Assembly (NCBI GenBank): GCA_032251275.1
Contig: JAVVEF010000001.1
Span: 46,891-110,890 of the forward strand
Source: Lutibacter sp.
Lineage (GTDB): Bacteria > Bacteroidota > Bacteroidia > Flavobacteriales > Flavobacteriaceae
Reading direction: 5' to 3'
DNA length: 64,000 bases
Shown here: positions 28,556 to 39,177 of the stretch, one piece after another
Layout: every line of letters begins with the position of its first letter
Numbering within the stretch: position 1 is the stretch's first letter
Translations under genes and position numbers: made by a program
Notes under the pieces: model-generated
The model's database searches: none
Told to the model about the DNA's origin: nothing
Seen by the model: the letters and a program-made list of their open reading frames with translations, nothing else

Positions 28556-31012
28556 TTATTTAGTTTCTAAAACAACCTTTTCGCTCTTTAAACTTTTTGA
28601 AGTTGCCTCAACGCTAACATTTCCCTTTGTAAATTCGGAGCCTATAATAAGCATCGCTTTTCCATAAAACAAATTTACAGTATTCGATTTAAATGATGTA
28701 AAAGATTGTGGGTTCCCGTTTCCTACGCCCGCAATTTTTGCAGTTCTGTTTATTTTTATTTTGATGTTATTGGTGGCTAACGGACAGAGATTACCGTTTT
28801 TGTCGACTGCTTCAATCAGTATATAAGACAAGTCGTTTCCATCTGCTTTTAGCACTTTTCTGTCGGGAGTCAGTTTTAATTTATAGGGTTCACCGGCGGT
28901 TTTCATCAATTGTTTCCCAATAATTTTTCCTTCTTTATAGGCAACAGCTTTTAATGTTCCAGGTTCATAAACCACCTCGTTCCACATCAATCTGAAACGT
29001 TCAATGGATTTCTCTGATTTCGGATTTTTACATTTCTTACCAAGGGATTTTCCGTTTAAAAATAATTCTGCACAATCGCCGTTCGTATAAACAAAAACTG
29101 GGGTAATTTCTCCAATTCGGTCTTTCCAGTTCCAATGAGGAAGAATATGTATGGTGGTTTCTTCGGGTTTCCAATAACTTTTATATAAAAAATAGCGATC
29201 TTTTGGAATGCCGCATAAATCAACAATGCCAAAATAAGAACTTCTTGAAGCTTCTTTATCGGTCATTCCGTTTTCTTTTACCCATTTATTGTCATACGGC
29301 GTTGGCTCTCCCAAATAATCAAAACCGGTCCAAACAAATTCGCCTGCAACATAAGGTTCATCTTGTTGCCACATAAAATCGTCATCGGCAAGTTCGGCCC
29401 AATCGGGCGCGTTCAAATCGTACGAACTTACCTGAAGTGAATTTGTGAAATCAATTTTTTCTTTGGGTAAAGGAAATTCGTAAAATCCCCTTGTGCTCAA
29501 TGTTGATGCCGATTCGCTAATGATGACCGATTTATTTGGTTCCAGTTGGCGGGCCAGAATATAACGACGGCCATAATTCCAACTGTGAATGTCATAATAA
29601 TCGAAATGCCTTAATTCAGCACTTTTATAACTGTCGCAAACCAAGGTAGTTGGTCTGGAAGTGTCATATTTTTCCACATAATTGAGCATCGTTTGAAGTC
29701 GGTGAAAACCGTTGTCTAGATTCCATTGCACATCCGGAATCTCATTGCCAACGCTCCATAAAAATACGGAAGGATGGTTTCGGTCTCTCTCTACAAAATT
29801 TTTAATGTTTCTTTTGGCGAAATTTTCAAAATTGGTGCTGTCAACAATACCTGCTTTCGCATCATATTTGTCAAATACCTCATTAAAAACCAAGATGCCC
29901 ATCTTATCACATAAATCCAGCAATTCAGGTGCGGCGGTGTTATGACTGGTTCTTATGGCATTGGCGCCCATACTTTTCATAATCTCCAGTTGCCGTTCCA
30001 TAGCTCTTTCATTAAATGCTGCGCCTAGCGGACCTTGGTCATGGTGTAAGTTTATACCCTTTAATTGCACACGTTTGTCATTCAAGTAAAATCCGTTGTC
30101 AGCCGTAAATCGAATAGCTCTAATGCCAAAAGTGGAAGTATAAGTGTCGAGCAGTTTGTTATTTTGGGAAATGGTGGTGACAAGTTTGTATAATTGCGGA
30201 TTTTCCGTATCCCAAAGTCTCGGATTTGCAACGGTTAAAGTTGTTTCAATCCTTTTTTGTTTGCTGATGGTAATAACTCCAGTAACTTCTTTTTCTATAA
30301 TTACTGTATTATTTGGGGCAAAAATTGTGTGTTTAATTTTAATTTCATCGGCATTTTCTGAATAATTATTGATGCTGGTGGCAATTCTCACCTCAGCATA
30401 ATTTGGTTTTATGACAGGCGTTGTGATATAGGTTCCCCAAACGGCAACGTGGACTGGATTTACCGCAATCAATTGAATTTTTCTGTAAATTCCAGCTCCG
30501 GGATACCACCTGCTGTCGTGTTTTCGGGTGTCCACATGAATTGCCAAGGTGTTGTCCGTGTTAAAATTTACCAAATTGGTAATGTCTAAATAGAAGGAAT
30601 TGTAGCCATAATCCCATTTTCCTGCAAGTTGTCCATTTACATAAATGCTTGGAAAAGCCATAATTCCGTCACATAACAAATACAATCTTTTCCCTTCATA
30701 ATTGGCAGGAAAAGTTATTTTTTTTCGATACCAGCCTTCTCCTTTCCAGGGAAGTTTTCCGGTATTTCCGTCGCCATCAACAATAAATGGACCTGCAATT
30801 GCCCAGTCGTGTGGAATGATGACCTGTTCCCATTTGGAATCATCAATAGTTTTTTGATGCGCCATTTTGTTGTGGCCTTTTGAAAATTTCCAATTGGTGT
30901 TCAGATTGGTGACTTCTCTTTCCTGGGAATGAGTTTGTGTGGAAAATGTGAAAATAATAAGAAGTAAAATGAAATTTTGTTTAGAGATCATTGCTTTAAA
31001 TTTATTATTCAA
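28556..31012 (-). CDS. Glycoside hydrolase family 2 (beta-galactosidase-like)
   Basis: PHDWAI, SRWYPGAGIYR, RTSHN, acid/base WSVGNEI and WTGFDYLGEPTP; the start may be 30991. Confidence 0.93.
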   Translation of the reverse strand: MNNKFKAMISKQNFILLLIIFTFSTQTHSQEREVTNLNTNWKFSKGHNKMAHQKTIDDSKWEQVIIPHDWAIAGPFIVDGDGNTGKLPWKGEGWYRKKITFPANYEGKRLYLLCDGIMAFPSIYVNGQLAGKWDYGYNSFYLDITNLVNFNTDNTLAIHVDTRKHDSRWYPGAGIYRKIQLIAVNPVHVAVWGTYITTPVIKPNYAEVRIATSINNYSENADEIKIKHTIFAPNNTVIIEKEVTGVITISKQKRIETTLTVANPRLWDTENPQLYKLVTTISQNNKLLDTYTSTFGIRAIRFTADNGFYLNDKRVQLKGINLHHDQGPLGAAFNERAMERQLEIMKSMGANAIRTSHNTAAPELLDLCDKMGILVFNEVFDKYDAKAGIVDSTNFENFAKRNIKNFVERDRNHPSVFLWSVGNEIPDVQWNLDNGFHRLQTMLNYVEKYDTSRPTTLVCDSYKSAELRHFDYYDIHSWNYGRRYILARQLEPNKSVIISESASTLSTRGFYEFPLPKEKIDFTNSLQVSSYDLNAPDWAELADDDFMWQQDEPYVAGEFVWTGFDYLGEPTPYDNKWVKENGMTDKEASRSSYFGIVDLCGIPKDRYFLYKSYWKPEETTIHILPHWNWKDRIGEITPVFVYTNGDCAELFLNGKSLGKKCKNPKSEKSIERFRLMWNEVVYEPGTLKAVAYKEGKIIGKQLMKTAGEPYKLKLTPDRKVLKADGNDLSYILIEAVDKNGNLCPLATNNIKIKINRTAKIAGVGNGNPQSFTSFKSNTVNLFYGKAMLIIGSEFTKGNVSVEATSKSLKSEKVVLETK

Positions 31013-31263
31013 TATTAAGATTGAATGGTAAAAAAAACTGTTTTATGTTATTTGAGCATTGCTATTTTGCTGTCATCATTTGCCACAAATTGGCAGAAGC
31101 ACTTCTGTCAATTTCAACTAAAAATTTTGTTTTTCTATTGCAAACAGCCTTTTGTTAATTGCACAATTAAAATTACAGTCTTTAGCTTTCACTTGCAAGT
31201 AAACGGATAATTTTATAAAGGAACCATTATGGCTTTATGAAGAACAAATTACATCAAAAAACA

Positions 31264-31292
31264 AACCTCTTTAAATTGGCTTTAAAGAGGTT
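31264..31292 (-). terminator. Hairpin, probable terminator downstream of the CsbD gene
   Basis: AACCTCTTTAAA-TTGGC-TTTAAAGAGGTT. Confidence 0.55.
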
Positions 31293-31395
31293 ATAAATTA
31301 CTTGTTACTAAGGTTTTATTTTTCTGAAGCTGTTGTAAAAGAATTACTTTCAAGTATGATGAATTACAATCACCGAAAGAAATTTAAGGGATCAT

Positions 31396-31584
31396 TTAGA
31401 GTGAATCAATAAATTTAACCAATTCTTCTTTGGTTTTTCCAAGTTTTACCTGAAGTTTTCCAAGCATTTCATCTTTTTTGCCTTCATCATACATCAGGTC
31501 ATCATCAGTTAAATCTGCATATTTTTGTTTCAGTTTTGCTTTCTGGATATTCCAGTTTCCTTTTGCTTCTGTTTTGTTCATCAT
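31396..31584 (-). CDS. CsbD/YjbJ-family general stress protein
   Basis: KGNWNIQKAKLKQKYADLTDDDL...GKLQVKLGKTKEE. Confidence 0.92.
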   Translation of the reverse strand: MMNKTEAKGNWNIQKAKLKQKYADLTDDDLMYDEGKKDEMLGKLQVKLGKTKEELVKFIDSL

Positions 31585-31744
31585 ATTAGAATTTACCTGT
31601 GAATGTATTTTCACATTTCAAAAGTACTCCGGTTAATTTTAGAAGACGTTATACAATTCCGAAGATATTTTGCATTATTCCCACGTTTTGCAATTTGTTT
31701 CAGAAAGAATTCAAAGGCTAAAAAACGCAATTAAAAATCTTGTT

Positions 31745-32809
31745 TTAGTGCAAATTAATATAGGTATACAATCCGTAAAGTACCAACAACACACTTACAA
31801 TAACCAAATTTAGTGCATACACCAAACTGCTTTTGAAACCTGAAACCAAATGGGATTCCCCATAAAATCGCCTATGTGCAGGAAAGAAATAGATCACCAT
31901 CCATAGAAGTCCGATGGATTGAATAATCAGATTTATCCATCCTAAAAATGGTGAATCAATTAAGGTAAAAAGTTTATCAATAAAGAAAAGCAACAAGATC
32001 ATCAGCAGCAAAAATGAAAAAAGATGCAGCGTAAAAATGCCGTGATCATAAAAATACCACCTTTCTTTATCGTGAAATAACCATAGAAAAAAGGCGAAAA
32101 CCGGCATATAAATAAACAATACTTTGGGAAGATTGAGCACAAAGGATTTGCCAAACTTGTCCACAATTTCTTTGTTGGTATTTTCTTCTTTTACGGCAAG
32201 CCATTTCTTAAGAAACCAATATTCCGTTTTGCCGACCTTTACTTTTTCTGAACCGTTTTTTTGGATCCAATCCAATTGTTTGGTGCTTTTGTAGCCAAAA
32301 TCAGTGATTTTTTCCGGATTAATGCTTTTTGTGTTTTTCAATATATTTTTTAGCGTATCATTCTTACCCTGTGAGATTATTCCAATTTTAGTTAGCCCGT
32401 CAACACCTTTCTCGTCAATCTTCAAAGAGTCTAATTTGGGAACCACATTTTCAACCTTGCTTTTTGCACCTGTTATAATCTTTGCATTTTCAGCAGGAAA
32501 CAGCGAAATTAGAAAAAAGGTCATAAAACTGGTGAAAATATACAAGCGCATAGGTGCTAAAAATGACTTTCGTTTTCCAGAAGTATAAGCTTTGGATACA
32601 GCGGCAGGTTTGAAGAGCAAGTAAACAATTGTTCTCCAAAATGAATTATCATAATGGGTTAAATCTTTAAAAAAATGCGTAAATAAGTGATGAAAAGTGA
32701 TTCGTATTACCGTATTTTCCTGTCCGCAATGTGGGCAATAGCGATGCTCAACCTTTTGGTCGCAGTTTAGGCAGTTGTTCTCTGACCGTAATTTCTCTTT
32801 TGACATCAA
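31745..32809 (-). CDS. DUF3667-domain membrane protein with N-terminal zinc ribbon
   Basis: CLNC...YCPHCGQEN, GKRKSFLAPMRLY and HGIFTLH. Confidence 0.88.
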   Translation of the reverse strand: MMSKEKLRSENNCLNCDQKVEHRYCPHCGQENTVIRITFHHLFTHFFKDLTHYDNSFWRTIVYLLFKPAAVSKAYTSGKRKSFLAPMRLYIFTSFMTFFLISLFPAENAKIITGAKSKVENVVPKLDSLKIDEKGVDGLTKIGIISQGKNDTLKNILKNTKSINPEKITDFGYKSTKQLDWIQKNGSEKVKVGKTEYWFLKKWLAVKEENTNKEIVDKFGKSFVLNLPKVLFIYMPVFAFFLWLFHDKERWYFYDHGIFTLHLFSFLLLMILLLFFIDKLFTLIDSPFLGWINLIIQSIGLLWMVIYFFPAHRRFYGESHLVSGFKSSLVYALNLVIVSVLLVLYGLYTYINLH

Positions 32810-32888
32810 GTGTTATTTATTTGATTTTCTGGCTGTTTTGTTTGTGTCGGAGACACTTTTTATGTTGAATATTTTAATTAGTTTGTCA

Positions 32889-34205
32889 TTATATAGCATT
32901 AGAATTAATCCTGTTATTTTTTTTAAGAAACCATTTTTCACCTCCATAAATTAAGAATATAGACACAAAGGCAATAATTACAATTAAAATATCTGATGAG
33001 ACCTTAATCCATAAAAACCCTCCCAGCACTACCACATCCAAAACAATGGCAGTAATCAAAATAGTGGCGTTGGCCTTTATTTCTTTTCGCAAATTTTTAT
33101 ATACGCCATATTGAACAGCAATATCCATGACCAAATAATAAATGGCGCCCAAAGATGCAATTCTGGTTAAATCGAAGAAGATGGTTAATAAAATAGCAAT
33201 TACAATTGTGTAAACCAGCATGTGTTGCTGTATGCTTCCAGGCATTTTAAAATGACGATGCGGAATTAATTTCATATTGGTGAGCATGGCGGTCATCCTT
33301 GAAACGGCAAAAACATTGGCCATTACACTTGAAATGGTGGCGATAATGGCAATACCAACGGTAAACCAAAGACCATATTTTCCAAAAGCGGGTTTGGCTG
33401 CCTCAGCCAAGGAATAGTCTCTGGCATTAATTATTTCATCGATACTCAAATTGGCGGATACGGCAAAAGCAACCAATAAATAAATCACTGCACAAATGAT
33501 TAAGGAAATAACAATGGCTCGGCCAACATTTTTATGGGGTTTTTCAACTTCTGCACCGCTGTTGGTAATGGTTGTAAATCCTGCATAAGCTAAAATGGCC
33601 AATGCCATAGCTCCCAGGTAGTTGCCTATTGAATAACCTCCCGAAATATTTGAAGGTATTGCCTCAACAAAAGAAAATCCTGCAGCCCAAAGTCCGCCAA
33701 TGGCAAAAATTGCAATGCCGCCCACTTTTAAAATTGCCATAATGAAAGCCGATTTTTCAATCACTTTATTTCCTGCAATATTGATTAAAAAGGCTACAAT
33801 TAATAAGAGAACTCCTAAAATTGGAATCCAGACGCTATTCGAATTAACGTCAAAAAGTTGCATAGTATAAGATCCAAATGTACGCGCCACCAAACTTTGG
33901 TTTATGACCATCGCTAAGGCCATAAGCATTGCGGAACCGCCCGTTATTGTTATTTTGCCATACGCCTTTTTTAAAATCATTGCAATTCCTCCAGCCGATG
34001 GATATGCGTTTGATGCTTTGATGTAAGCATAGGAACTGAAACCTGATACTACCGCACCAAGCAGGAATATAAACGGGAATAGTGTTCCAGATAATTCAGC
34101 AACTTGCCCTAATAAGGCAAAAATTGCCGCGCCAATCATTACACCAGTACCCAAGGACACTGCTCCAGTTAAAGAAAGACTGTTTTTTTTATACTCTTTC
34201 ATCAT
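32889..34205 (-). CDS. APC-family amino-acid permease
   Basis: GTGVMIGAAIF, YPSAGG and LAYAGFTTI; about 12 TM helices. Confidence 0.9.
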   Translation of the reverse strand: MMKEYKKNSLSLTGAVSLGTGVMIGAAIFALLGQVAELSGTLFPFIFLLGAVVSGFSSYAYIKASNAYPSAGGIAMILKKAYGKITITGGSAMLMALAMVINQSLVARTFGSYTMQLFDVNSNSVWIPILGVLLLIVAFLINIAGNKVIEKSAFIMAILKVGGIAIFAIGGLWAAGFSFVEAIPSNISGGYSIGNYLGAMALAILAYAGFTTITNSGAEVEKPHKNVGRAIVISLIICAVIYLLVAFAVSANLSIDEIINARDYSLAEAAKPAFGKYGLWFTVGIAIIATISSVMANVFAVSRMTAMLTNMKLIPHRHFKMPGSIQQHMLVYTIVIAILLTIFFDLTRIASLGAIYYLVMDIAVQYGVYKNLRKEIKANATILITAIVLDVVVLGGFLWIKVSSDILIVIIAFVSIFLIYGGEKWFLKKNNRINSNAI

Positions 34206-34348
34206 TTTAATTTTTAAAATCTTTCTTAAAGTTATTCAACCAATAAATTCATTTGTAACCCTACTGTAATATACACAGAAAATAAAATGAGGTAAATAAT
34301 TGATTTCTATCACTATAGATTTTAATTTTTTGCTATTTTTTCGTCTAG

Positions 34349-35461
34349 TTAATTGTTTTCGATATTTGGGCGTTCCAATTTGTATTTGGTTAATAACGAG
34401 TTAAGGGCTTCATAATAACCACTTAAATTTTTTAGCGGTATTTCCTGTTTTTTTTCTACGGGAATTGTTACCGGCATTTCGTCTAAATATTTCACCAATT
34501 CAGGATATTTATCTTTAATAACCATAGTGATTTTCATAATTTTTGAATTCAAATCCTTTTCAATTTTATCAAAACTCGCTTTTTTGTTTGTGATTTGTAT
34601 TTCAAAAACCGATTGAATTTCTTTTTGAAGTTTGTTTGGGTTCTGATTTTTTGAATCTATAAACTTTTTAAGTTGGGTATTAAACTCATCAGTATTTTCC
34701 ATATTGCTTAAATGGCCTGCATTTGAAATAATATGCAATGATGAGTTTTTTATTTTTTCATGCATGGCATTTGCTGCTTCAGGAGGTGTAATTTTGTCTT
34801 CTTCACCTACCAAAATAAGCACGGGCACTTTTATTTTCAGCAGTTTGCTGCAGGTTTCTTTGCGATTTGCCATAGCGTGCAAACTATTGTAAAGTGATTG
34901 TTTGGAGGTTTTCATAATCATCTTTTTCACAGCGGCAATTTCTTCTGAATTTGTTTTAAAAGATTCCGGCGCAAACAATTTAGGAATCAGGCCGTCGGCT
35001 AATTTTTCCACGCCGTTTTGTTTGACGCCTTCAATAGTCTTCATTCTATTTTCTTTTGCTTCTGGTGAATCGGCAGTGCAATTTGTGTCGCTTAATATAA
35101 GTGCACTAAAACGATTTGGATGGTTTTCAATGGCATTCAGTGCAATATATCCGCCCATGGATAAACCGCACAGCATGGTTTTTTCAACCTTCAAGGCATC
35201 CATAAAACACATTAAATCTTGTGCAAAAAGGTCAATGGAGAAATCAATAGCGCCAAGGTCAGTATCTCCATGTCCACGAATATCATAAGCAATCACTCGG
35301 TAACTGTCTTTTAATTTTTCAACCTGATTGTCCCACATTGATTTATTCAATGGAAAACCGTGAAGGAAAATGATAACCGGCGCTTTTTTAGGCCCTTCAT
35401 CATTATAACTTACATTAATATCATTAACTGGTATTTTGATATTGTTTCCTGTCTGTCTCAT
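34349..35461 (-). CDS. Alpha/beta hydrolase (enol-lactonase-like) fused to an extra C-terminal domain
   Basis: HGFP, nucleophile GLSMGG, GEED and GHLSN, followed by about 100 extra residues including YPEL.KYLDEMPVTIP. Confidence 0.85.
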   Translation of the reverse strand: MRQTGNNIKIPVNDINVSYNDEGPKKAPVIIFLHGFPLNKSMWDNQVEKLKDSYRVIAYDIRGHGDTDLGAIDFSIDLFAQDLMCFMDALKVEKTMLCGLSMGGYIALNAIENHPNRFSALILSDTNCTADSPEAKENRMKTIEGVKQNGVEKLADGLIPKLFAPESFKTNSEEIAAVKKMIMKTSKQSLYNSLHAMANRKETCSKLLKIKVPVLILVGEEDKITPPEAANAMHEKIKNSSLHIISNAGHLSNMENTDEFNTQLKKFIDSKNQNPNKLQKEIQSVFEIQITNKKASFDKIEKDLNSKIMKITMVIKDKYPELVKYLDEMPVTIPVEKKQEIPLKNLSGYYEALNSLLTKYKLERPNIENN

Positions 35462-35708
35462 AGGGTTTTTGTTTTTATTGGAATTTTATTGTTTATGATC
35501 CGAAGCCAAAAAAAGGGAGTTCGAAGTTAAATTCACCCATAAAACTCCATCTTACATCTTCTGTCTCCCTTCTTTTACCTTCGCTTATATTTCTGCTGTT
35601 TTTTTGAATTGATATAATCACATTCTCATTTCCGATTTTATTGTAGAGAATAAGTTTGCTATATCCAATCTCAAGCTACAATTGGCACTATTTAGTGTTT
35701 GAAATAAA

Positions 35709-36191
35709 TTATACTGCTGCCGGACCCGCAGTTTGATTCATCAGGTAATTTTCAATACCCATTTGATCCATTTGTATATGTTGAGTTTCTGCCCAGTCTG
35801 CGTGACCTTCTTCCATCCCCAATATTTTGGTTAGCAAATCGGCAGTGATTTGATCGCCAACCTCGCGGGCAAGTTTAATGGCGTCATTATAGGCGCGAAC
35901 TGCATTTAGTTCGTCGTCGCTGTCGTTATTTATGATTTCCGGAACGGTTTTGCCAATTTTTATGGAATTAAGTTTTGACACAGTTGGTGCGCCATCCAAA
36001 AAAATTATGCGTTCAATTAGCCATTCGGCATGGTGCATTTCATCCATTGCTTGCGAGCGAATTGCACTATGAAGTTTTCCGTAACCCCAGCTTTCGCACA
36101 TTTCAGCATGTACCATATATTGATTTATGGCTGTTAATTCGTCGGCCAATAGCGAATTTAATACGGCAATTAATTTTGCGTTTCCTTTCAT
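35709..36191 (-). CDS. bfr: Bacterioferritin
   Basis: MKGN..LI..LN.LLADELTAINQY.VH, DEMHHAE, RIIFLDG.P and EEGHADW. Confidence 0.93.
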   Translation of the reverse strand: MKGNAKLIAVLNSLLADELTAINQYMVHAEMCESWGYGKLHSAIRSQAMDEMHHAEWLIERIIFLDGAPTVSKLNSIKIGKTVPEIINNDSDDELNAVRAYNDAIKLAREVGDQITADLLTKILGMEEGHADWAETQHIQMDQMGIENYLMNQTAGPAAV

Positions 36192-36397
36192 TTTTAGGTT
36201 ATTTTAGTTTATTTTAATTCTTAAATTTTAAGGTGTAAAGTTCGTCAGTTTACTAAGGTAAGGTGTTACAGAACTATTAAAAAAAGTTACATCATTCACA
36301 CTTTAATGAAATCAAAATATAAAAACCAGACATTTTAATAAATGTTAATTTAGGCTAAACCCTAATTTGAACAACAAAATAAAATAATCACCATTTT

Positions 36398-36518
36398 GGG
36401 CGTTTCCCTTTGGATCAGGCTATCGCTACTCGCTTTTTTGGCGGTTATTCACCGCTAAAAAAGAGCTCAAACAATTAGTTTACCCTGAGCGCAGCCGAAG
36501 GGCTCTATCCTTAACGCA
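36398..36518 (+). repeat. Dispersed palindromic repeat, copy 2, with an inserted REP (CCCTGAGCGCAGCCGAAGGG, 36483-36502)
   Basis: Shares GGGCGTTTCCC, CTACTCGCTTTTTT, AAAAAAGAGCTCAAACAA and TAACGCA with 10338-10435. Confidence 0.8.
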
Positions 36519-36591
36519 AAAGAGACCTTAATTATAATTTAGCTATTTTTTGCAAATCTTTAAGGTCGCCAAAATGATAATCCTAACTTTT

Positions 36592-37151
36592 TTAATGAGT
36601 GTTCCAATCCCAAATCACAATACGCCATTCAGTTCCGTTAAAGTCTTTATAGGCATAAATTTCTTCAAAACCAATTCTTTTATGGGCGGCTCTAGAACGT
36701 GTGTTGGTGGTCGCAATTTCTGTAATGGCGAAATCATATTTGTTTTTAAAATTGTTTTTATAAGTTTCATAACTACCGTCGAACAATCCTTTTCCGCGAT
36801 ATTCTTTGTCAATGCAAACTTGTCCAACAACAATATAATTGTAATCTGAAATCACTTTTCCCTGATGTTTTATTTTGTCGAAACAGTCAAACATCGGAAT
36901 TAAAATTGGAATGTCGGCTTTTGATTTTTTAGTCATGGCGAGGATGTATCCTACTATTTCATTTTGGTCTTTTGCAATGATATTGTATTCGTCGCCGTGC
37001 ATTTTTTTAATTCATCAAGCGTATAAGCAACCGTTAAAAAACCTTGATGTTGCATTTCGGAATCTTTTAAATTTTGCAGCAAATTTATTTTTTGTAACGT
37101 AATAATTTCAGAAAGATCTTCGACCGATTTTGAATTTGTGTAGCTTATCAT
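36592..37151 (-). pseudogene. GNAT-family acetyltransferase split by a -1 frameshift at an A7 run (37008-37002)
   Basis: The 65-aa ORF (…GFLTVAYTLDELKK) and the 136-aa ORF (MHGDEYNII…GQVCIDKEYRGKG) join into one ~185-aa GNAT if one more A is present. Confidence 0.8.
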
Positions 37152-37173
37152 TATTTAATTTATAGAATAGTTT

Positions 37174-37773
37174 TCAAAATTTAAAACCTTTAACATTTAT
37201 ATTGATATTTTTCAATTTTTCCTTCAAGGCTTCGTACTCTTTTTCTGTAATCACATTGCGCTCTTTCAGAAAGTTGAGGTTTTCTATTTGTTTTTCAACT
37301 GGTAAATCTATGTCGATAATGGCATATTTTTCTTTCAGATAAGCGAAGGTTTTTATTTTAAGTATTTTCAGGAATTCATCGATGGCTTCCTTACTCGGAT
37401 TTCTATCATAAAAATCAATTAAATATCCGCTTATAGTTGTGATGTACAACATATATTTTCTGCTAAAAATTGTCATCAATAAAAAAATTGCGAAAAGCAA
37501 TCCTGAAAAGAACACCAAAACCATATAAACGGCAAATGGAATTTTAAAAATATCCCATAAAGCCAAGCTTAAAATTAGGCCAGAAACTATGGTGATCCAG
37601 ATGAATAGCTTGCTGGTTTTGGTTTCCCTTGTAATGGCATCTGGGATAATTTCATCAAAAGGAATGAAAACTTCTTTGGCGTTTAAAAAATTCCCCGAAT
37701 AAAAAGTGATTCCGTCAAATTCAAATTCAACTCTTTTTGAATTAAAGAATCTTTTTTGTTTAAACTCTTCCAT
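37174..37773 (-). CDS. Hypothetical two-TM protein with SHOCT-like C-terminus
   Basis: Two TM helices, then LNFLKERNVITEKEYEALKEKL. Confidence 0.65.
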   Translation of the reverse strand: MEEFKQKRFFNSKRVEFEFDGITFYSGNFLNAKEVFIPFDEIIPDAITRETKTSKLFIWITIVSGLILSLALWDIFKIPFAVYMVLVFFSGLLFAIFLLMTIFSRKYMLYITTISGYLIDFYDRNPSKEAIDEFLKILKIKTFAYLKEKYAIIDIDLPVEKQIENLNFLKERNVITEKEYEALKEKLKNININVKGFKF

Positions 37774-37811
37774 TTTGCAAAGTTTTGGTTGGTAATTTTT
37801 ATCCTAAAAAA

Positions 37812-38105
37812 TTAGTTTTCATAAATCCGTAACCTGTTTTTGATTGAAATTAATTCATTTTCCAGTTCATCTATTTTTTGCAATAAATTAAAAGCAATAT
37901 CAATTCCTTCGATATTAATTTCCAAATCACGGTGCATCCGAATCATTTTTTCAATATCGATTATTTTGTCTTTATGGATATATTGTGATTCTTCAATAGC
38001 GGTGATTTGAATCAGGCCAATTTCATTTAAACTGCTGAAAAATGACATTTCAACTTTGTATTGTTCACATAATTTATGAAGCGGTATGAAGTTTTCTATG
38101 CTCAT
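37812..38105 (-). CDS. cbpM: Chaperone modulator CbpM (MerR-like)
   Basis: [14 protein letters not shown]...[14 protein letters not shown]; overlaps the cbpA stop. Confidence 0.88.
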   Translation of the reverse strand: MSIENFIPLHKLCEQYKVEMSFFSSLNEIGLIQITAIEESQYIHKDKIIDIEKMIRMHRDLEINIEGIDIAFNLLQKIDELENELISIKNRLRIYEN

Positions 38106-39016
38106 GACGGTCTTAATTTAGCAAGTTCGGCAAACAGTTGTTTTTCTTTTTCAGTCAGATTTTGAGGCATTTTTATTTGATAAGTAATGTATAAATCACC
38201 AAAAGAGCCTTCTTTTTTATAAACGGGAAATCCTTTTCCTTTTAATTTTACTTTTGTTCCGTTTTGGGTTTCTGGCGCAATTTTCAGTTTTGCTTTTCCG
38301 TCAAAAGTATCCACGGTAATTTCTCCGCCCAAGATGGCTTTGTACAAATCCAAATCAACCGTTGTGTGTAAATTGTCGCCATCCAATTTGAATTTGGTAT
38401 TGTTTTCTATGGAAAATTTTATGTTTAAATCACCTTTCGGACCTCCGTTGATGCCTTCGCCGCCGTGCCCTTTTATTTTTATGACCTGTCCGTTTTTAAC
38501 GCCTGCCGGTATAGTAAGGCGAATATTTTTTCCGTTAATCGTTAAAGTTCGTTTATGAGTTTCATAAACATCTCTTAAGTTTAGGTGCAATTCTGCGTTG
38601 AGATCCTGTCCCCTGAATTTTACGCCACCTGTTCTTCCTCTGGATGAAGAACGTCCGCCAAACATGGATTCAAAAAAGTCGGAGTATTCGCCGCCGCCAA
38701 AATCGCCGCCGCCAAAATCCCCAAACGGACTTTGTTGTCTGCTTCCCTGATATTGTCGCCGCTGTTGTTTTGCTTTTTCAAATTCCTCGGCATGTTTCCA
38801 GTCTTTTCCGTGCTCATCGTATTTTTTTCGATTTTCAGGATCGCTCAATACTTCGTTGGCTTCATTAATTTCTTTGAATTTTCGCTCGGCTTCCTTATCA
38901 GAAGGATTCAAATCGGGGTGGTATTTTCTGGCCAATTTTCGATAGGCTTTTTTAATGTCACCTGCAGAAGCATTTTTATCAATGCCCAATATTTTATAAT
39001 AATCTATAAAAGCCAT
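38102..39016 (-). CDS. cbpA: DnaJ-class co-chaperone CbpA
   Basis: J-domain with HPD, G/F-rich linker and DnaJ C-terminal domain; no zinc finger. Confidence 0.93.
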   Translation of the reverse strand: MAFIDYYKILGIDKNASAGDIKKAYRKLARKYHPDLNPSDKEAERKFKEINEANEVLSDPENRKKYDEHGKDWKHAEEFEKAKQQRRQYQGSRQQSPFGDFGGGDFGGGEYSDFFESMFGGRSSSRGRTGGVKFRGQDLNAELHLNLRDVYETHKRTLTINGKNIRLTIPAGVKNGQVIKIKGHGGEGINGGPKGDLNIKFSIENNTKFKLDGDNLHTTVDLDLYKAILGGEITVDTFDGKAKLKIAPETQNGTKVKLKGKGFPVYKKEGSFGDLYITYQIKMPQNLTEKEKQLFAELAKLRPS

Positions 39017-39177
39017 TTTTCTTTGTTTGTGGAAATCTATCTAAATTTACGAAAAATAAGTCGAACTGTTTATTTGTTGAACTGTTTATTTGTTAATGAA
39101 TTCAATATTATACTAAAAGGAAACTGCCTAATTGTCACCTAAAATATTTTGGCGTGATATTCGTTTAAGAAAATGTT

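Noticed and set aside
31025-31210. 61-aa plus-strand ORF upstream of the GH2 gene
   Set aside because: It overlaps a hairpin and the GH2 promoter region and has no protein-like features
35505-35585. Alternative pairings (AAGGGAG/CTCCCTT and GGAGTT/AACTCC plus U-run on the minus strand) upstream of the hydrolase, as a possible riboswitch or attenuator
   Set aside because: No recognisable aptamer; explained adequately as a terminator downstream of bfr
31396-39016. Run of stress-related genes (CsbD, bfr, cbpA/cbpM, hydrolase, APC permease) as a mobile stress island
   Set aside because: I found no integrase, tRNA, direct repeats or clear compositional boundary; co-location alone is insufficient
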